A stretch of 63,947 nucleotides of DNA, the filler included, from Licmophora abbreviata (Eukaryota): assembly GCA_900291995.1 (NCBI GenBank). It is 24 parts of 24 records of this genome, joined end to end, with 100 filler letters (N's around TTAATTAATTAA, not from the genome) between each part and the next. Parts side by side here need not be neighbours in the genome. Positions count along the whole stretch, not along the records: positions 17,487 to 25,116 come from OLMU01006288.1; positions 25,217 to 26,408 come from OLMU01006289.1; positions 26,509 to 28,276 come from OLMU01006290.1; positions 28,377 to 29,412 come from OLMU01006291.1; positions 29,513 to 32,154 come from OLMU01006293.1; positions 32,255 to 39,696 come from OLMU01006294.1; 18 more parts are not named here. The stretch is one strand, 5' to 3'. Shown one piece after another: positions 21,087 to 32,292 of this stretch. The position numbers and the translations under genes are program-made. Position 1 is the stretch's first letter; the number at the start of each line of letters is the position of its first letter. The notes under the pieces were generated by a model. It saw only the letters and a program-made list of their open reading frames with translations, had not been told where the DNA came from and did no database searches.

Positions 21087-24000
21087 GTTCATCCGGTACT
21101 GATGGGCTCTTACGTTGTCCCATTCCGTCTTGCGGATGGACTACGCTTGACACCCGTCTGTCTTCTCCTTCGACCCAACGAAACGAAGGCCTCAAACTTC
21201 TTCGCTCGCATCTACGCAGCACCACACATCACTCTTCCTGTCCTTCAGACCTACCCTCCACTCATACCTGTCCACTTTCATTTTGCATGGATTGCAACCA
21301 TCCCTTTAGTTCCGACCCTAACTTAGTCTACCTACACCCCTCTGGCTTACGAAATCATCAACGCTCCACACACTCCTACACCCGTTCCACCACCACTTCC
21401 GACATCTTCCTTCAACATTTCCCGGACTCCTCACCGGACGCATGGTTCCACAGCTTCTCCTGGTTGCACACCCAGTTTACGCAACGACCCCCTACCCCGC
21501 CCAACATACGTCGCAACATCTACTATTCCCTCTCCAGGGCGACGCAACGCCATCTCTTCCGGACTTTAGCTCAGCTTCATCGTGCCTGTGCTGCTTCTAT
21601 TACTCCCATGGCTCCTGTCCCACCGACACTCCTCAGTCCTTCTTTCCAACGCACATCGGACCTCCCTTTCGTCTTACTCTTTCTGTTCCAGCCCCTCATC
21701 CTCCACCCCGGCGGCAACACCACGTCCCGCACTCCTGACTTGGTAGTAGCGGCCCGCCTCAAACTGTTCACTGAAGGCAATCTCCGCCCCCTCTACACCC
21801 AATTGTATGCACTATCCCCCCCTTCCACACCTGTTCGTTCCCGAGATGACCAGCTTGATGCCCAGTTTGATGCCCACTCTCATGAATACGATGAATACAG
21901 CCCTCGGTCCAACCGCCATGCACAAGCGGCAGCGGATCTTGACAATTTCACCGCCTGTGCCTCCCGGATTAACTCCACGTTACCAGTCGCCGACCTCACA
22001 CCGGACAATCTTGATCTCATCGGCGCACTTTATCCTCCGCGACGCCAGTTCCCTAACCAACAACCCTACTGCGTCGACATCTCGCCCAAGCACTCGTTCC
22101 CAAACTCGCTCGGCCGAGTCTGCTTCTCCCATCTCCATTACTCGCTCATCTTTATTCGCCGCTTGCCGTAAATTGAAGCGTGGCTCCGCGGCTGGTCCTT
22201 TTGGCGACTACACTGATGTCTTGCGAGACATGGTTCTTCACTCCGTTCCTCCCCTCAACCCAGGTGATCCTCCTACATACCCTCACGCCGATGCGTTCAT
22301 CTCGATAGCTGACGCCATCTTTGCCGGTACTATCCCCTCTAGCGCTGCTGCTCTACTGCGCAGTAATTATTTCCTCGCGCTCCACAAGGACCCTGCTGAT
22401 CCTTCCAAGCTCCGCCCCATCGGTGCCGGCACCAGCTACCGCCGAGTCCTTGGCGCCCTCATCATGGAACTCTTCAAGACACAATTTTCTGCTCTACTTA
22501 TCACTGAAGGCCAACTTGGGATTGGCATACCAGGAGGCATGGACGCAATTATTCATACGGCCCACTCTGCAGTTTCTCATTTTCTCTCTCCCCGACTTGA
22601 CTCGGTCCCGTCACATGTCCTGTTGACCTTGGATATCACGAACATGTTCAACGCCTGCTCACGCGACAGTTGTCGCGCCATGCTTGCCTCCCACTTTCCT
22701 TTCATGCTTCCCTTCTTTGATCTTATTTACTCTCAAGACAATCTATGCTGGTTTCGTGACACGGAGAACTGCTGGACTTCTTTTCCCCAACAGGAAGGTT
22801 TTGCACAAGGCGACCCGCTAGCCCCTTTTTATGCTTCCCTGGTACTTCATACCGTTTTAACTCCACTCCACGCCGAATTGCAATCCCGGGCGCTGAACCG
22901 TTCCTCAAGTCCTATCCCCCTTCATCAGCACGATACCCCCATCAATCACGTTTCTTCTTCGCTCCAATATCTTGATGACATTCTGGCTATGCTACCAACT
23001 ATTGATCTTCCCTTCTTCTTGCAACGTTTTGTCGAGCTCGGCCTTCCACACGGCATAGAACTCAACCGATCCAAGACCAAGTTTCTTACCAGTATTGACG
23101 ATGCTTCTCCCACAACGCACATGATGTGTCCTCCTGCTATTTCATCTTCCATTCGCCAATCCCTTGCTTTCCTTTCCCCCGACGCCGAGCTCACATCCGG
23201 GCTCCGATTGCTTGGCCATCCCATTGGCAGCGCCCCTTTTGCGCAAGCGTTCCTTCTACAAAAGGCTGATGAACTGCTTCACTACGTTAACAATCTTCTA
23301 CGTACTCTTCCCGACCTTCAAACACAAACTACAGTTTACCGACTATGCCTCCAAACCAAACTTAATCATCTCCTTGCTTCCGATGTTTACCACCACGCAT
23401 CTCTGCCATCAACCCCACCACCACCTTATGGCGCTTCTGCTGATTCTTTTGTTCAACCTCTTTTCCAGTGGCACTCCCCGTTTGTTGACCGTGCAAACAC
23501 CATTCTTTCTTCCTTTCTGTCTCGCATCTGCGACCACCCCGACACCCTTCCACCTCATGCCAGTCACCTCGCGGTACTTCCCACAAACCTAGGTGGCTTA
23601 GGTTTCCGAGCTCCTTCCATCTCGGCGGTTCCTGCCTTCACCATTTCGATCACCCGTTCCCTTCGCATCGTATCCAACGGTGTCATTGTCCCCGGATCAC
23701 CACCCTCTCATCTTCCCGCCCCGATACGAGCGTTTTTTGCAACTTGGTCCTCCCCTTCAACACGTTTACTACGTTTGTACCATTTTTATGGTACCTCCCT
23801 GGCGCGCTTTCATATTCGCCCTCCACCTCGTGGCACCACCCCTTCCTCTCCCCCTCCCCCTGATGAACATTTGGTGCAATTGGTCAAACGCCTTAATCTC
23901 CCGGGTCTACAGCGGGACGTCTGTCGTAAATTTTTTCGGCACTCCCGTCATTCGCCGCTTCACTCTTCACCTGCCCTATCGGCCAATGCACAAGCCACTA

Positions 24001-25073
24001 CCACTCCATGGCTCAGCTTCGCTCTCACTCAAACATCTCGACGCACCATAGCAAACCGCCTTGACAACCGTACATTTCGTCTTGCGGTACAACGAAAACT
24101 TCGTTTACCTTGCCTCCCACCCGCGCTCCTTCTTCAACGATGCACCTGCGGTAAAGACCTTGATCCTCTCGGTGACCATCTCTTTCAGTGTCAGCATTCA
24201 AGCAAATCTCCCCTCCACCACACTATACGGGATACTCTTACCCTCCTTTGTCGCAAGTTATGTCCCCTTGCAGGATTCGCCTCCTCCCATCACTGTGTGG
24301 TCTCTGAACCCACACATCTTGTTCCCGATTCCAACACTCGCCCTGCAGATGTCGGCATTCGCTTATCTCCCACCTACCTGCCCCGCGTTTCTTCCACTCC
24401 ATCACGATATGTTGCCATTGATGTTACCATTCCTCCACCTCCGACTCCATCCCTTTCTCATGCCCCCTCCCCAAGAGCGGTTTCCGCTAAAACGAGGCAT
24501 GAACAAGCGGCTAAACGGAAGTTCGAAGGTCGGGCAAACAACCCCAACAGCCACTTGGACATTGCAGCCCTCACCGACAGCCGCGTTCAGCTTCTCCCTT
24601 TCACAGTCGGACATCTTGGTGACCTAGGCCACTTTGCTCATTCTTTCCTGTTCGGTAAACACAACCGTTCCTTTCCGTGCCCTCCTGCACCAAATTGGTC
24701 CGATGCTACCTTCACTACCTCTATGGCCGCCAAAGCTCATAGACTTGCTTCCGGTTCCCTTGCAGTGTGTGGCCTTCTCCCAACCGCTGATCAACTGTGG
24801 ACACACCGCGCTGATCGTTCCCATTTTTACGGTGATTCATACCATGATGCTCTTCCTTCCCATTGGGCTCTTCACACGTTGGGCCTGAACCTGGTTCGCG
24901 GTTTCAGCCATCACCTGGCCCGCAACTTCGATCGCATCCTTGCGTCTCGCTTGTCTCCCCCTTCTCGGCTAGCTTCGCCATCCATTGCTGTTGCTCCTCC
25001 CTTTCATGCTCCTCCAGTGCGTCCTCTGACTGTGGATCCGCATCAAGCGTTCACAGGTCGTGCCCCGCTGTAG
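21083..25073 (+). CDS. CRE copy A ORF2: two C2H2-type zinc fingers, RT, CCHC finger and restriction-like endonuclease (one frameshift ~22040-22075)
   Basis: CPIPSCGW..HLRSTTH, CMDC..LRNHQRSTH; KLRPIG, QLGIG..GG, LDITNMFN, GFAQGDP, YLDD, LNRSKT, LLGHPIG, LP..LGGLG; CTCG..D.LGDHLFQC, HH.IRD, EP, RPAD, AIDVT, K.KF. Confidence 0.9.
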
Positions 25074-25216
25074 GTCTGCACCCACTACTCCAAGTAGCTC
25101 ATAACCATATCATAGGNNNNNNNNNNNNNNNNNNNNNNNNNNNNNNNNNNNNNNNNNNNNTTAATTAATTAANNNNNNNNNNNNNNNNNNNNNNNNNNNN
25201 NNNNNNNNNNNNNNNN

Positions 25217-26408
25217 AGACCGGTTGAATGTCGCTGCCTCCACCAAGCTGGGCGCACCTACTCCTTGTTGCATCAGCTGGTACCGCTCTATCGTTTCGTA
25301 GGCGGCCGCGCGTTCGACCGCTGTCTGAAAACCGAAAGTGAAGCAGTGGATGCCCGTGCTCAGGTCGTCGTTGTTCGTCATTTCGAACGACAAGTTTCGT
25401 ATCTTGGTGACGATGTCTGGGGTGATTGGTACGTCACTTCCAGGTAGATTGAGCTCCTGATGCGCCATGGCATTGAACGTCTGCTGAATGACCAACACGT
25501 CTTGCTTCTTGGGGGAACTTGCTAAGTCCTTCCACAATTGAGGCAAGGCGTCTTCATTGGCCACTTGACAGACCCGGAGAAGCTTGGATACCCCAACCAT
25601 CCCGAAGTACTTGGTTGGAGTCTTGGCACCATCCACGAGGCGGCGATCCAGGTCCGCCTGACGACTCGCCCTGTTGTCTGCCACCAACTCATTCAGGCCC
25701 GCCGCAATAGCGTTGCCCGCCGCTTGGGTAGCGCCCCCTCCGAGTGCTGGTAGGTCCCGCACTACTAGATCACACCGCCGCTCCACGAGGGCAGGCAGCG
25801 CGAGAGGAATCTCTGGGAAGGCACGACCGATACGCGAGATGGGCATCCCCGCATCCTTTACCAAAGCCACGCGAAGCCAGTCCAGAACCGGAGCACAGTC
25901 CTCTGCGTTACCGTCGTTCACGATAGCGCCACCGACTTGGATCCACGCTTCTTTAGGGGAGAGTGGCCTCGCTAGCAACAGCTTCACATAACGGAACGGG
26001 AGGAGGACAGTATTCCTCACCCGCACCACTTCGGTCCCCGCATCTGCTGGATCCGGAGGATCAAACAACTCCACGGCGGGGTCGGCCAGTGCCTGGTCGA
26101 TGGCTTCTCGTGTCGGTACTCTCACCCCACCGCCGTTGGCCTGATGGAGAAACCCCGCTTCCCAACGCACTGTAGGCGGAGCTTGCCCCCGCACCACATC
26201 GCCAACGAAAGCATAACCTTGGTTGTCGAACACAGTAGCCCGACCCAATTGTGGCTCGTATCGCTGGAGGCGATGGAAGAGTGTAACTTGCCCGCCTGGA
26301 TGCTTGGGCCCTTCGATGAGAAGCATGAAAGCTTGCGGGTCAACCGTGGCCGATTGATACACAGCCGTAGTGATGACATGAGGCGGGGGCGCCCCAACAA
26401 AAGGCACT
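25217..26408 (-). mobile_element. Gag-like ORF1 fragment of a DIRS/Ngaro-type tyrosine-recombinase retrotransposon (copy A)
   Basis: Open frame across the whole contig; close paralog of 29513-30765, which lies directly upstream of a DIRS-type RT. Confidence 0.65.
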
Positions 26409-26522
26409 NNNNNNNNNNNNNNNNNNNNNNNNNNNNNNNNNNNNNNNNNNNNTTAATTAATTAANNNNNNNNNNNNNNNNNNNNNNNNNNNNNNNNNNNN
26501 NNNNNNNNAAGGGGGTCGTGAC

Positions 26523-27930
26523 TTAACTTCCGTCCTTTTTGAAGGCAACAAGGGCACTCATTAAGTCAGATGAATAACTAAACTGTGTCTTAATCACTGC
26601 AACGTTGGCGTATTGAGCCACAGCAAGATCTTTTGAAGAAAGAAAAAGAAAGCTGTGAGTAGGGTTTAATATTAAAAAAGCTTCACTTTGGCCAATGACC
26701 AAAGAGACAAACAAAACTTTAGTCGGAGCATTGCTCACCTTCAAAATAACCAGTTCCTGCAAAAGCTCCGTGCTCGTCCCTAAAGGAGCTTCCACTGTGA
26801 TGGTTTGCAATCACAGGATCACAGTGATATTCGCTTTTGACTGTTTTGGAAAGGCGCTGGAGAGTCTCGTTACGATCTGACATGATAACAATGGAACAAG
26901 GTCTTGGCAACAACGAGGACGACGACAAATTACCGGAAACGTTTTCATTGCCGGCCACGAAAACAGATCGAAATGCCTCATTTAAGCAATCCTCTTCCCT
27001 ACTGATATTGTTTCCAATATCGATGCTGTTCATGTGCCGAGAGTGAATAGCAATGGAAAAACCCAGATCTCTGGACTTGATTAATTTTTTCTGGACGGAT
27101 GGCGGCGGAAACATTTTTGGATGCAACCGAAATACAGCATTGAAAAGCGCTCCATACGCAAACGCTGTCCCTGCAATGAATAATTGTGTTGCTTTCAGAT
27201 GCCCACTCTCTCCAAGGATTCTCCTGGACTCCAGCAAGGCGAAAGTAGATCCAATCTGCCCTTCAATGATAAGAGACAAGACCTGATCTTGAAAATCATT
27301 TGGGTCTAGATCTAGATCTAAAATATCTTGTTCTCGCCCTGGTCGACCACCAAAGAGCTTGACTGGATCAGCCAGCCTATGGCTCCATGTTTCATAGTCA
27401 GAAGAAGGGACCCACGAGGCCATTTCGAGGATGTTTAAACACTCAGAGAGGAGACCAACCCGGTTATAGTCGCCTCGTGGATAGCTCCACATCAAGGTAC
27501 GATTCGTCATGATTGCGAAAGCGAATGAGTTGAGAAAGCTTTGTAGCCGATTCCCAGCTTGAAAAGGACAAGAAAAATCGCCTTTCACAAAGCGACGGTT
27601 TGCAAAATCTCCATTTCTAGACGTTGTGTACTCATGCTGCAATATTTCTGCCCCATGCATTCGGGTGTAGTCATCCAGTAATTTCACAACTACAGATTCA
27701 GCATCAGTGAAGTGACGCCGAGGAATGTCGCTTATGCCCTGTTCCCACATTTCATCAATGATTTGGTCATCGTCGAGACCTTTATTCCTTGATTCTTGTT
27801 TGGATCGCATGGTTGTACTATTTGCCGAGGTGCCAGCATACTCGTACATCAGAAAATGGATGACTCCCAGGAAAGAAAGAAGCATAATGATCATTGGAGC
27901 TCCGACCCATTCTTTGCAGTAGTGTGTCAT
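26523..27930 (-). CDS. Putative Golgi type II membrane fucosyltransferase-like glycosyltransferase; exons 27930-26739 and 26629-26523
   Basis: N-terminal TM (MIIMLLSFLGVIHFLMY); SCP.QAGNRL..F.N.F..AI.TNRTL, IAIHSRH, IMSDR. Intron GTGAGC(26738)..AAAG(26630) joins EHGAFAGTGYFE-D-LAVA. Start codon uncertain. Confidence 0.55.
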
Positions 27931-28376
27931 GTTTACCCTGCGTGGTACTGTACCTGCGGTATGAATCACCTGACAGGACTCGGGAAAGACTAATTTCTTT
28001 TGTCGGTCCTATTGTCATACTAAGAAGTATACCGGTAGGTCACCAACATCTTGTCGAATTTTTTGTCTGAACAAAAGTTTTGTGTTTGAGTTTTATTGCT
28101 ACGAATCCGCTACTACGAATTCGCTAACAATTGATATTTTTTAAAAACGAAGTTCTCTGAAGTTATTTTATTTTTTATTTTATTTTATTTTTACAAGCTT
28201 GAATTTTTTTACTTTACCACGAATCCGCTAACAATTGAAAAAAAGAAAAAGTTAAGTAAAGTTTCGTACAACGGACNNNNNNNNNNNNNNNNNNNNNNNN
28301 NNNNNNNNNNNNNNNNNNNNTTAATTAATTAANNNNNNNNNNNNNNNNNNNNNNNNNNNNNNNNNNNNNNNNNNNN

Positions 28377-28540
28377 GGAAACCAATACCTTGGAGGTTTC
28401 ATCGGAGAACCGAAAGAGCTCGACGGATGGATCAAGGGGAAGACCAACGAATGGAAGGAGGCTGTTGAAGCCCTAACAATCGCCGCTCCATCTTTCCCAC
28501 AATCGGCATATGCAGGCATGCAAAAATCCGTTCAGCGCGA
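28377..28540 (+). mobile_element. RT thumb fragment of a third, different CRE-clade family
   Basis: Manual translation GNQYLGGFIGEPKELDGWIKGKTNEWKEAVEALTIAAPSFPQSAYAGMQKSVQRE fits the CRE-type pattern YLG.FIG..W...K..EW...V..L...A...PQ.AY. Confidence 0.65.
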
Positions 28541-29412
28541 ATTAGGAGGTTCGTGACGTCGGCTACCGTCTTGGTGGCGGCACAGAAGTACGGTGGCGAG
28601 CTCACCCACCCCATTGGGAGTACCAATGGGAAAGCTACTACCTGCTCGCCGGCGACTTCCGAGGGAAAACTGACTCCCAACTTAGGAATGTCCTCCGCCC
28701 GAAGCTTGATCCGGTAGAACCCATCCGCGATGTCAATCTTGCATAGGTGGACTGGACCGTGTCGGGGGTCTGCATTAACAATGTCTACGAGAAGGCGCTG
28801 GAAGGCTTGCCCGAAGCGCATGGCCTCCGCAGGTGCTAATGGTAGTGTATTGGCGTTGATCCCGTGGAAGGTGTAGTCAACGATCGTTTGAGGTCGTCTG
28901 TCCCTCTGCGGGACCACGCCGATGGGGCTAAGTCGGAGCCCGGGCAGTGCCTTAACCGCGTGGTACGGTAGCACTACCCATTGGTTACGTAGGATCATGT
29001 CAGCCATTTCGTGTCGAAGAAATTCTTCGTGTTCTCGGGCCGATTGATGTGGGCCGGGCAAGGCAGCTGCGTGTATTCGATGTGGATCCCAGGGGGGCGT
29101 AGTAAATAGGACTGGTGCCCCATTAGTGGAAAGGTGTCGTAGTAAATGCTTGGCAGGGTGGACGATGTGGAGCAACCCCAAATCGCCTGGTCCTTGGCGC
29201 TGCTGGACGAACGGCTTCCAGCCGTGGCTAGAAAGTAGTCGTGAGTCTCGCAACATGTACTTACGTAGAGAACTATTTCTTGTCTCGGCCTCTTGAGTGC
29301 GCTGTTTCATCGATTCGTGGTTTCGTTTTCGTGTTCGTGCGACTGTCGACGGCAAGGCAGGTGCAGGGGGCGCGTCAGAGCAGACTGTGCAAAAATGCGT
29401 AGTCCACTCCCG
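28541..29412 (-). mobile_element. DIRS/Ngaro-type reverse transcriptase, N-terminal half, truncated before YxDD
   Basis: LRLSPIGVVPQRDRRP..IVDY, KIDIADGFYRI, PLVLPMGW.SSPPYFC. Confidence 0.8.
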
Positions 29413-29512
29413 NNNNNNNNNNNNNNNNNNNNNNNNNNNNNNNNNNNNNNNNNNNNTTAATTAATTAANNNNNNNNNNNNNNNNNNNNNNNNNNNNNNNN
29501 NNNNNNNNNNNN

Positions 29513-30765
29513 CTCGATCTGCTCATACGCGGCGGCCCTCTCGACGGCTGTCTGGTAGCCGAAAGTAAAGCAGTGTACCCCTGTAGTGAGGTCGTCAGCG
29601 TTGGTCATCTCGAACGACAGGTTCCTGAGTTTCGTGACGATGTCGGGAGTGATAGGCACGTCGCAACCAGGGAGATCCAACTCTTGTTGAGCCATCGCAT
29701 TGAAGGCTTGCTGGATGACAAGGATGTCTTGCTTCTTGGGCGAGCTCGACAGGTCCTTCCACAAGGCTGGCAGTGCCATCTCCTCCGCCACCTGGCAGAG
29801 AAGTAGGAGCTTCGTTACTCCCACGCTGCCGAAATACTTCGTAGGCGTCTTAGCACTGTCGGCCTGGCGGCGGACTAAGTCGGCGTGCCGGCTGGCCCGG
29901 TTGTCTGCGACTAGATCGTTGAGCCCGGCTGCGATCGCATTGTTGGCCGCATGTGCAGCTCCTGCGCCGAGTACCGGAAGGTCTCTCACTACCAGGTCCC
30001 ACCGGCGCTCGATCAGAGCCGGCAAGGCCAAGGGGACAGTTGGGTGTGCACGCCCGAGCCGAGATACGAGTGCCCCTGCGTCCTTCACCATGGCTACGCG
30101 AAGCCAATCTAGCACCGGTGCGCACGACATTTCGTTGCCATCGTTAATGATGGCCCCCCCCCGACCTGCTCCCATGCTGCCCTCGGGGAGAGCGGTCCCG
30201 CTAGTAACAACCTCACGTAGCGGAACGGGAGCAAGACGCAGTTTCGTACTCTCACCACCTCGGTAGCATCGTCGCCTGGATCCGGAGGGTCAAAAGTCAC
30301 AATGGCAGGGTCTGCCAGCGCTTGATCAATGGCCACTCGGGTAGGAACGCGAACGCCGCCCCCGTTGACCTGATGGAAGTTCATCGCCTCCCAAAGCACC
30401 GTCGGTGGAGCCTGCCCGCGCACGACATCTCCAACGAAAGCATATCCCTGACCATCGTAGGGAGTGGTCCTTCCCAGCTGCGTCTCGTAGCGCTGGAGCC
30501 AATGGAAAAGCGTGACTTGACCTTCCGGATGTTCTGGGCCTTCGACGAGCAACAAGAATGCCTGGGGATTGATCATGGCCGACTGATAGATGGCAGTAGC
30601 TATCGCCTGAGGCTGTGGTGCCCCATGCATAGGGACGCGGAACGTCCCCATGATACCGGCATAATTCCCACTGGCCTGGTCCTTAGAGTCATCGTTGTAG
30701 AAGGAAGAGTAGTTCTGGTGTGGCATCACACCAGCTCCTCCCATCGGCGGCACGGGCGCCGCCAT
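29513..30765 (-). mobile_element. DIRS/Ngaro-type gag-like ORF1 (copy B), ATG 30765, frameshift in the C-run near 30155-30162
   Basis: Paralog of 25217-26408 (LQRYE.QLGR, GYAFVGDV.RGQ.P, VLLPFRYV, LP.LWKDL.SSPKKQD); same strand as and upstream of the RT contig. Confidence 0.7.
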
Positions 30766-31000
30766 CTCGCAGAGTGAAAAGCGCCGGTGTTGTCGTACCG
30801 ACACTTAAAACTATTCTAGGAGAGAGGAACCGTCGTACACAGTTCCTCCGTCTCGACACTCGGCTCCGTCTTGAGCCGGCAAAGAAACTGGCAAGGCTTA
30901 CAATTTCAGAGTAAACATTTTTCAATATACGTACAATTCTACATACTATGTTTTAGTAATCTTTCTACGGCAAGACCGGCACCAGGATCAGCTTCTCACC

Positions 31001-32037
31001 ATGGTACAGAAACGGAAAAGTCCCACGATACGCAAGGGTCCCCACCAACCTGCTATCAAGAAACCTGACCAAAAAGGAACTCCAACCAAACCTCCAAAAA
31101 GAGCGGAGTCGGCTCAAGCTTTGAAGGCTGATATCAGGGATTTTCTGACTCCGACGGCTGACAACATGGTAGGAGCCATGCAACAGCAACCAACGTACTC
31201 TCGAGTCTTGCAGGCCTCCTTGGAGGCCGCTTCTTCACCCATCACGTCTCCCCATCGGCAGGAGTCTGAGGATCCAAATATTCTGGCTGGGGAGCGTAAA
31301 CGGGCGGCAATTCCGGATTCGCAGTTGGATTCTGTTGCCCTCCAGGATACCGCGACACAAGATTCCCCGGAGCGCATGATCATTGCGACTCATAACCTCA
31401 CCCCTTTCCACGGCAACCAGCGGGCCACGGGCAAACCTACCCATTCCAGCGGACGTAGTGGACGAGGGGGACGGGGCGGTCGCGACGGTCGCACCAGGAC
31501 CAATTCTAGAGGATGTTCCCGCAGTCGCTCCCAGGGTAGCAACTCTCTATTGGCTCGAACGCGCCGCATCGCTCAGCTTATGCAGGACACTGCCTCGGAC
31601 GAAGAAAGTAAGGAACGTACGGCCACCAAGTCTCGTAGTCCTCCGGTCTCCAACACGGAGTTTAAGTCGGTGCTCACTCTCCTTCAGCCCAAACCGACGG
31701 GCAGGGAGGCGGGGAAGACGAGGGCGTTCTCTTCTACCCAGCGGACCCGCTCCACCGGTGCATCGGCGGCTAAGGCGATTGCTCGGTCTTTCTCGTCCGG
31801 GTCGGACGCAGTCTCCGAGACTTCGGACCACTCGCTCAGCAGCCAGTCCTCGGGTACGTCGATAACCCTATCCCCAGGGAAACAATTCAGGATGGCCACG
31901 GCAAGAAAGGAATGGGGGACGATTCTTCCGTGATGACAGAGGTGGCGGACAACTCGAGCCGTAAAGTGGGCAGTCGGAAGGCAGCGCTGACAGGACAAGA
32001 TTTTCAGGAAGGCTTGCAACAGACAACGTGTCCACCC
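31001..32037 (+). CDS. Low-complexity S/R/K-rich ORF, possibly the N-terminus of a retroelement ORF1; appears to continue in another frame after ~31880
   Basis: 310-aa ORF with an RGG tract; a shifted frame (ETIQDGHGKKGMGDDSS..) stays open to 32037. No recognisable domain. Confidence 0.3.
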
Positions 32038-32154
32038 TTCCCGCAGTCGCTCCCAGGGTAGCAACTCTCTATTGGCTCGAACGCGCCGCATCGCTCAGCT
32101 TATGCAGGACACTGCCTCGGACGAAGAAAGTAAGGAACGTACGGCCACCAAGTC
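31516..32154 (+). repeat. 117-bp identical direct repeat (31516-31632 = 32038-32154)
   Basis: TTCCCGCAGTCGCTCCCAGG...GGCCACCAAGTC occurs twice; the second copy ends at the contig end. Confidence 0.9.
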
Positions 32155-32292
32155 NNNNNNNNNNNNNNNNNNNNNNNNNNNNNNNNNNNNNNNNNNNNTT
32201 AATTAATTAANNNNNNNNNNNNNNNNNNNNNNNNNNNNNNNNNNNNNNNNNNNNACGTCGTTGGCATGAAAGAATGGCAGAATTGTCCCACC

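Larger units (their letters stand above)
17487..25116 (+). mobile_element. CRE-clade non-LTR retrotransposon, copy A (two ORFs, near full length)
   Basis: Two ORFs (see below), colinear with and homologous to 32255-39696; C/T-rich sense strand. Confidence 0.88.

Noticed and set aside
22030..22170. Programmed frameshift between the zinc-finger region and RT in CRE ORF2
   Set aside because: Both copies shift in this linker, but at different positions and in opposite directions (+1 in A, -1 in B), with no shared slippery site. Error or decay is more likely.
27305..27320. TCTAGATCTAGATCTA palindromic tandem
   Set aside because: Simply encodes LDLDLD inside the glycosyltransferase-like CDS.
32038..32154. 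117-bp repeat as an LTR or DIRS split direct repeat
   Set aside because: It duplicates the interior of an ORF, lacks TG..CA ends and stops at a contig end; more likely a mis-join.
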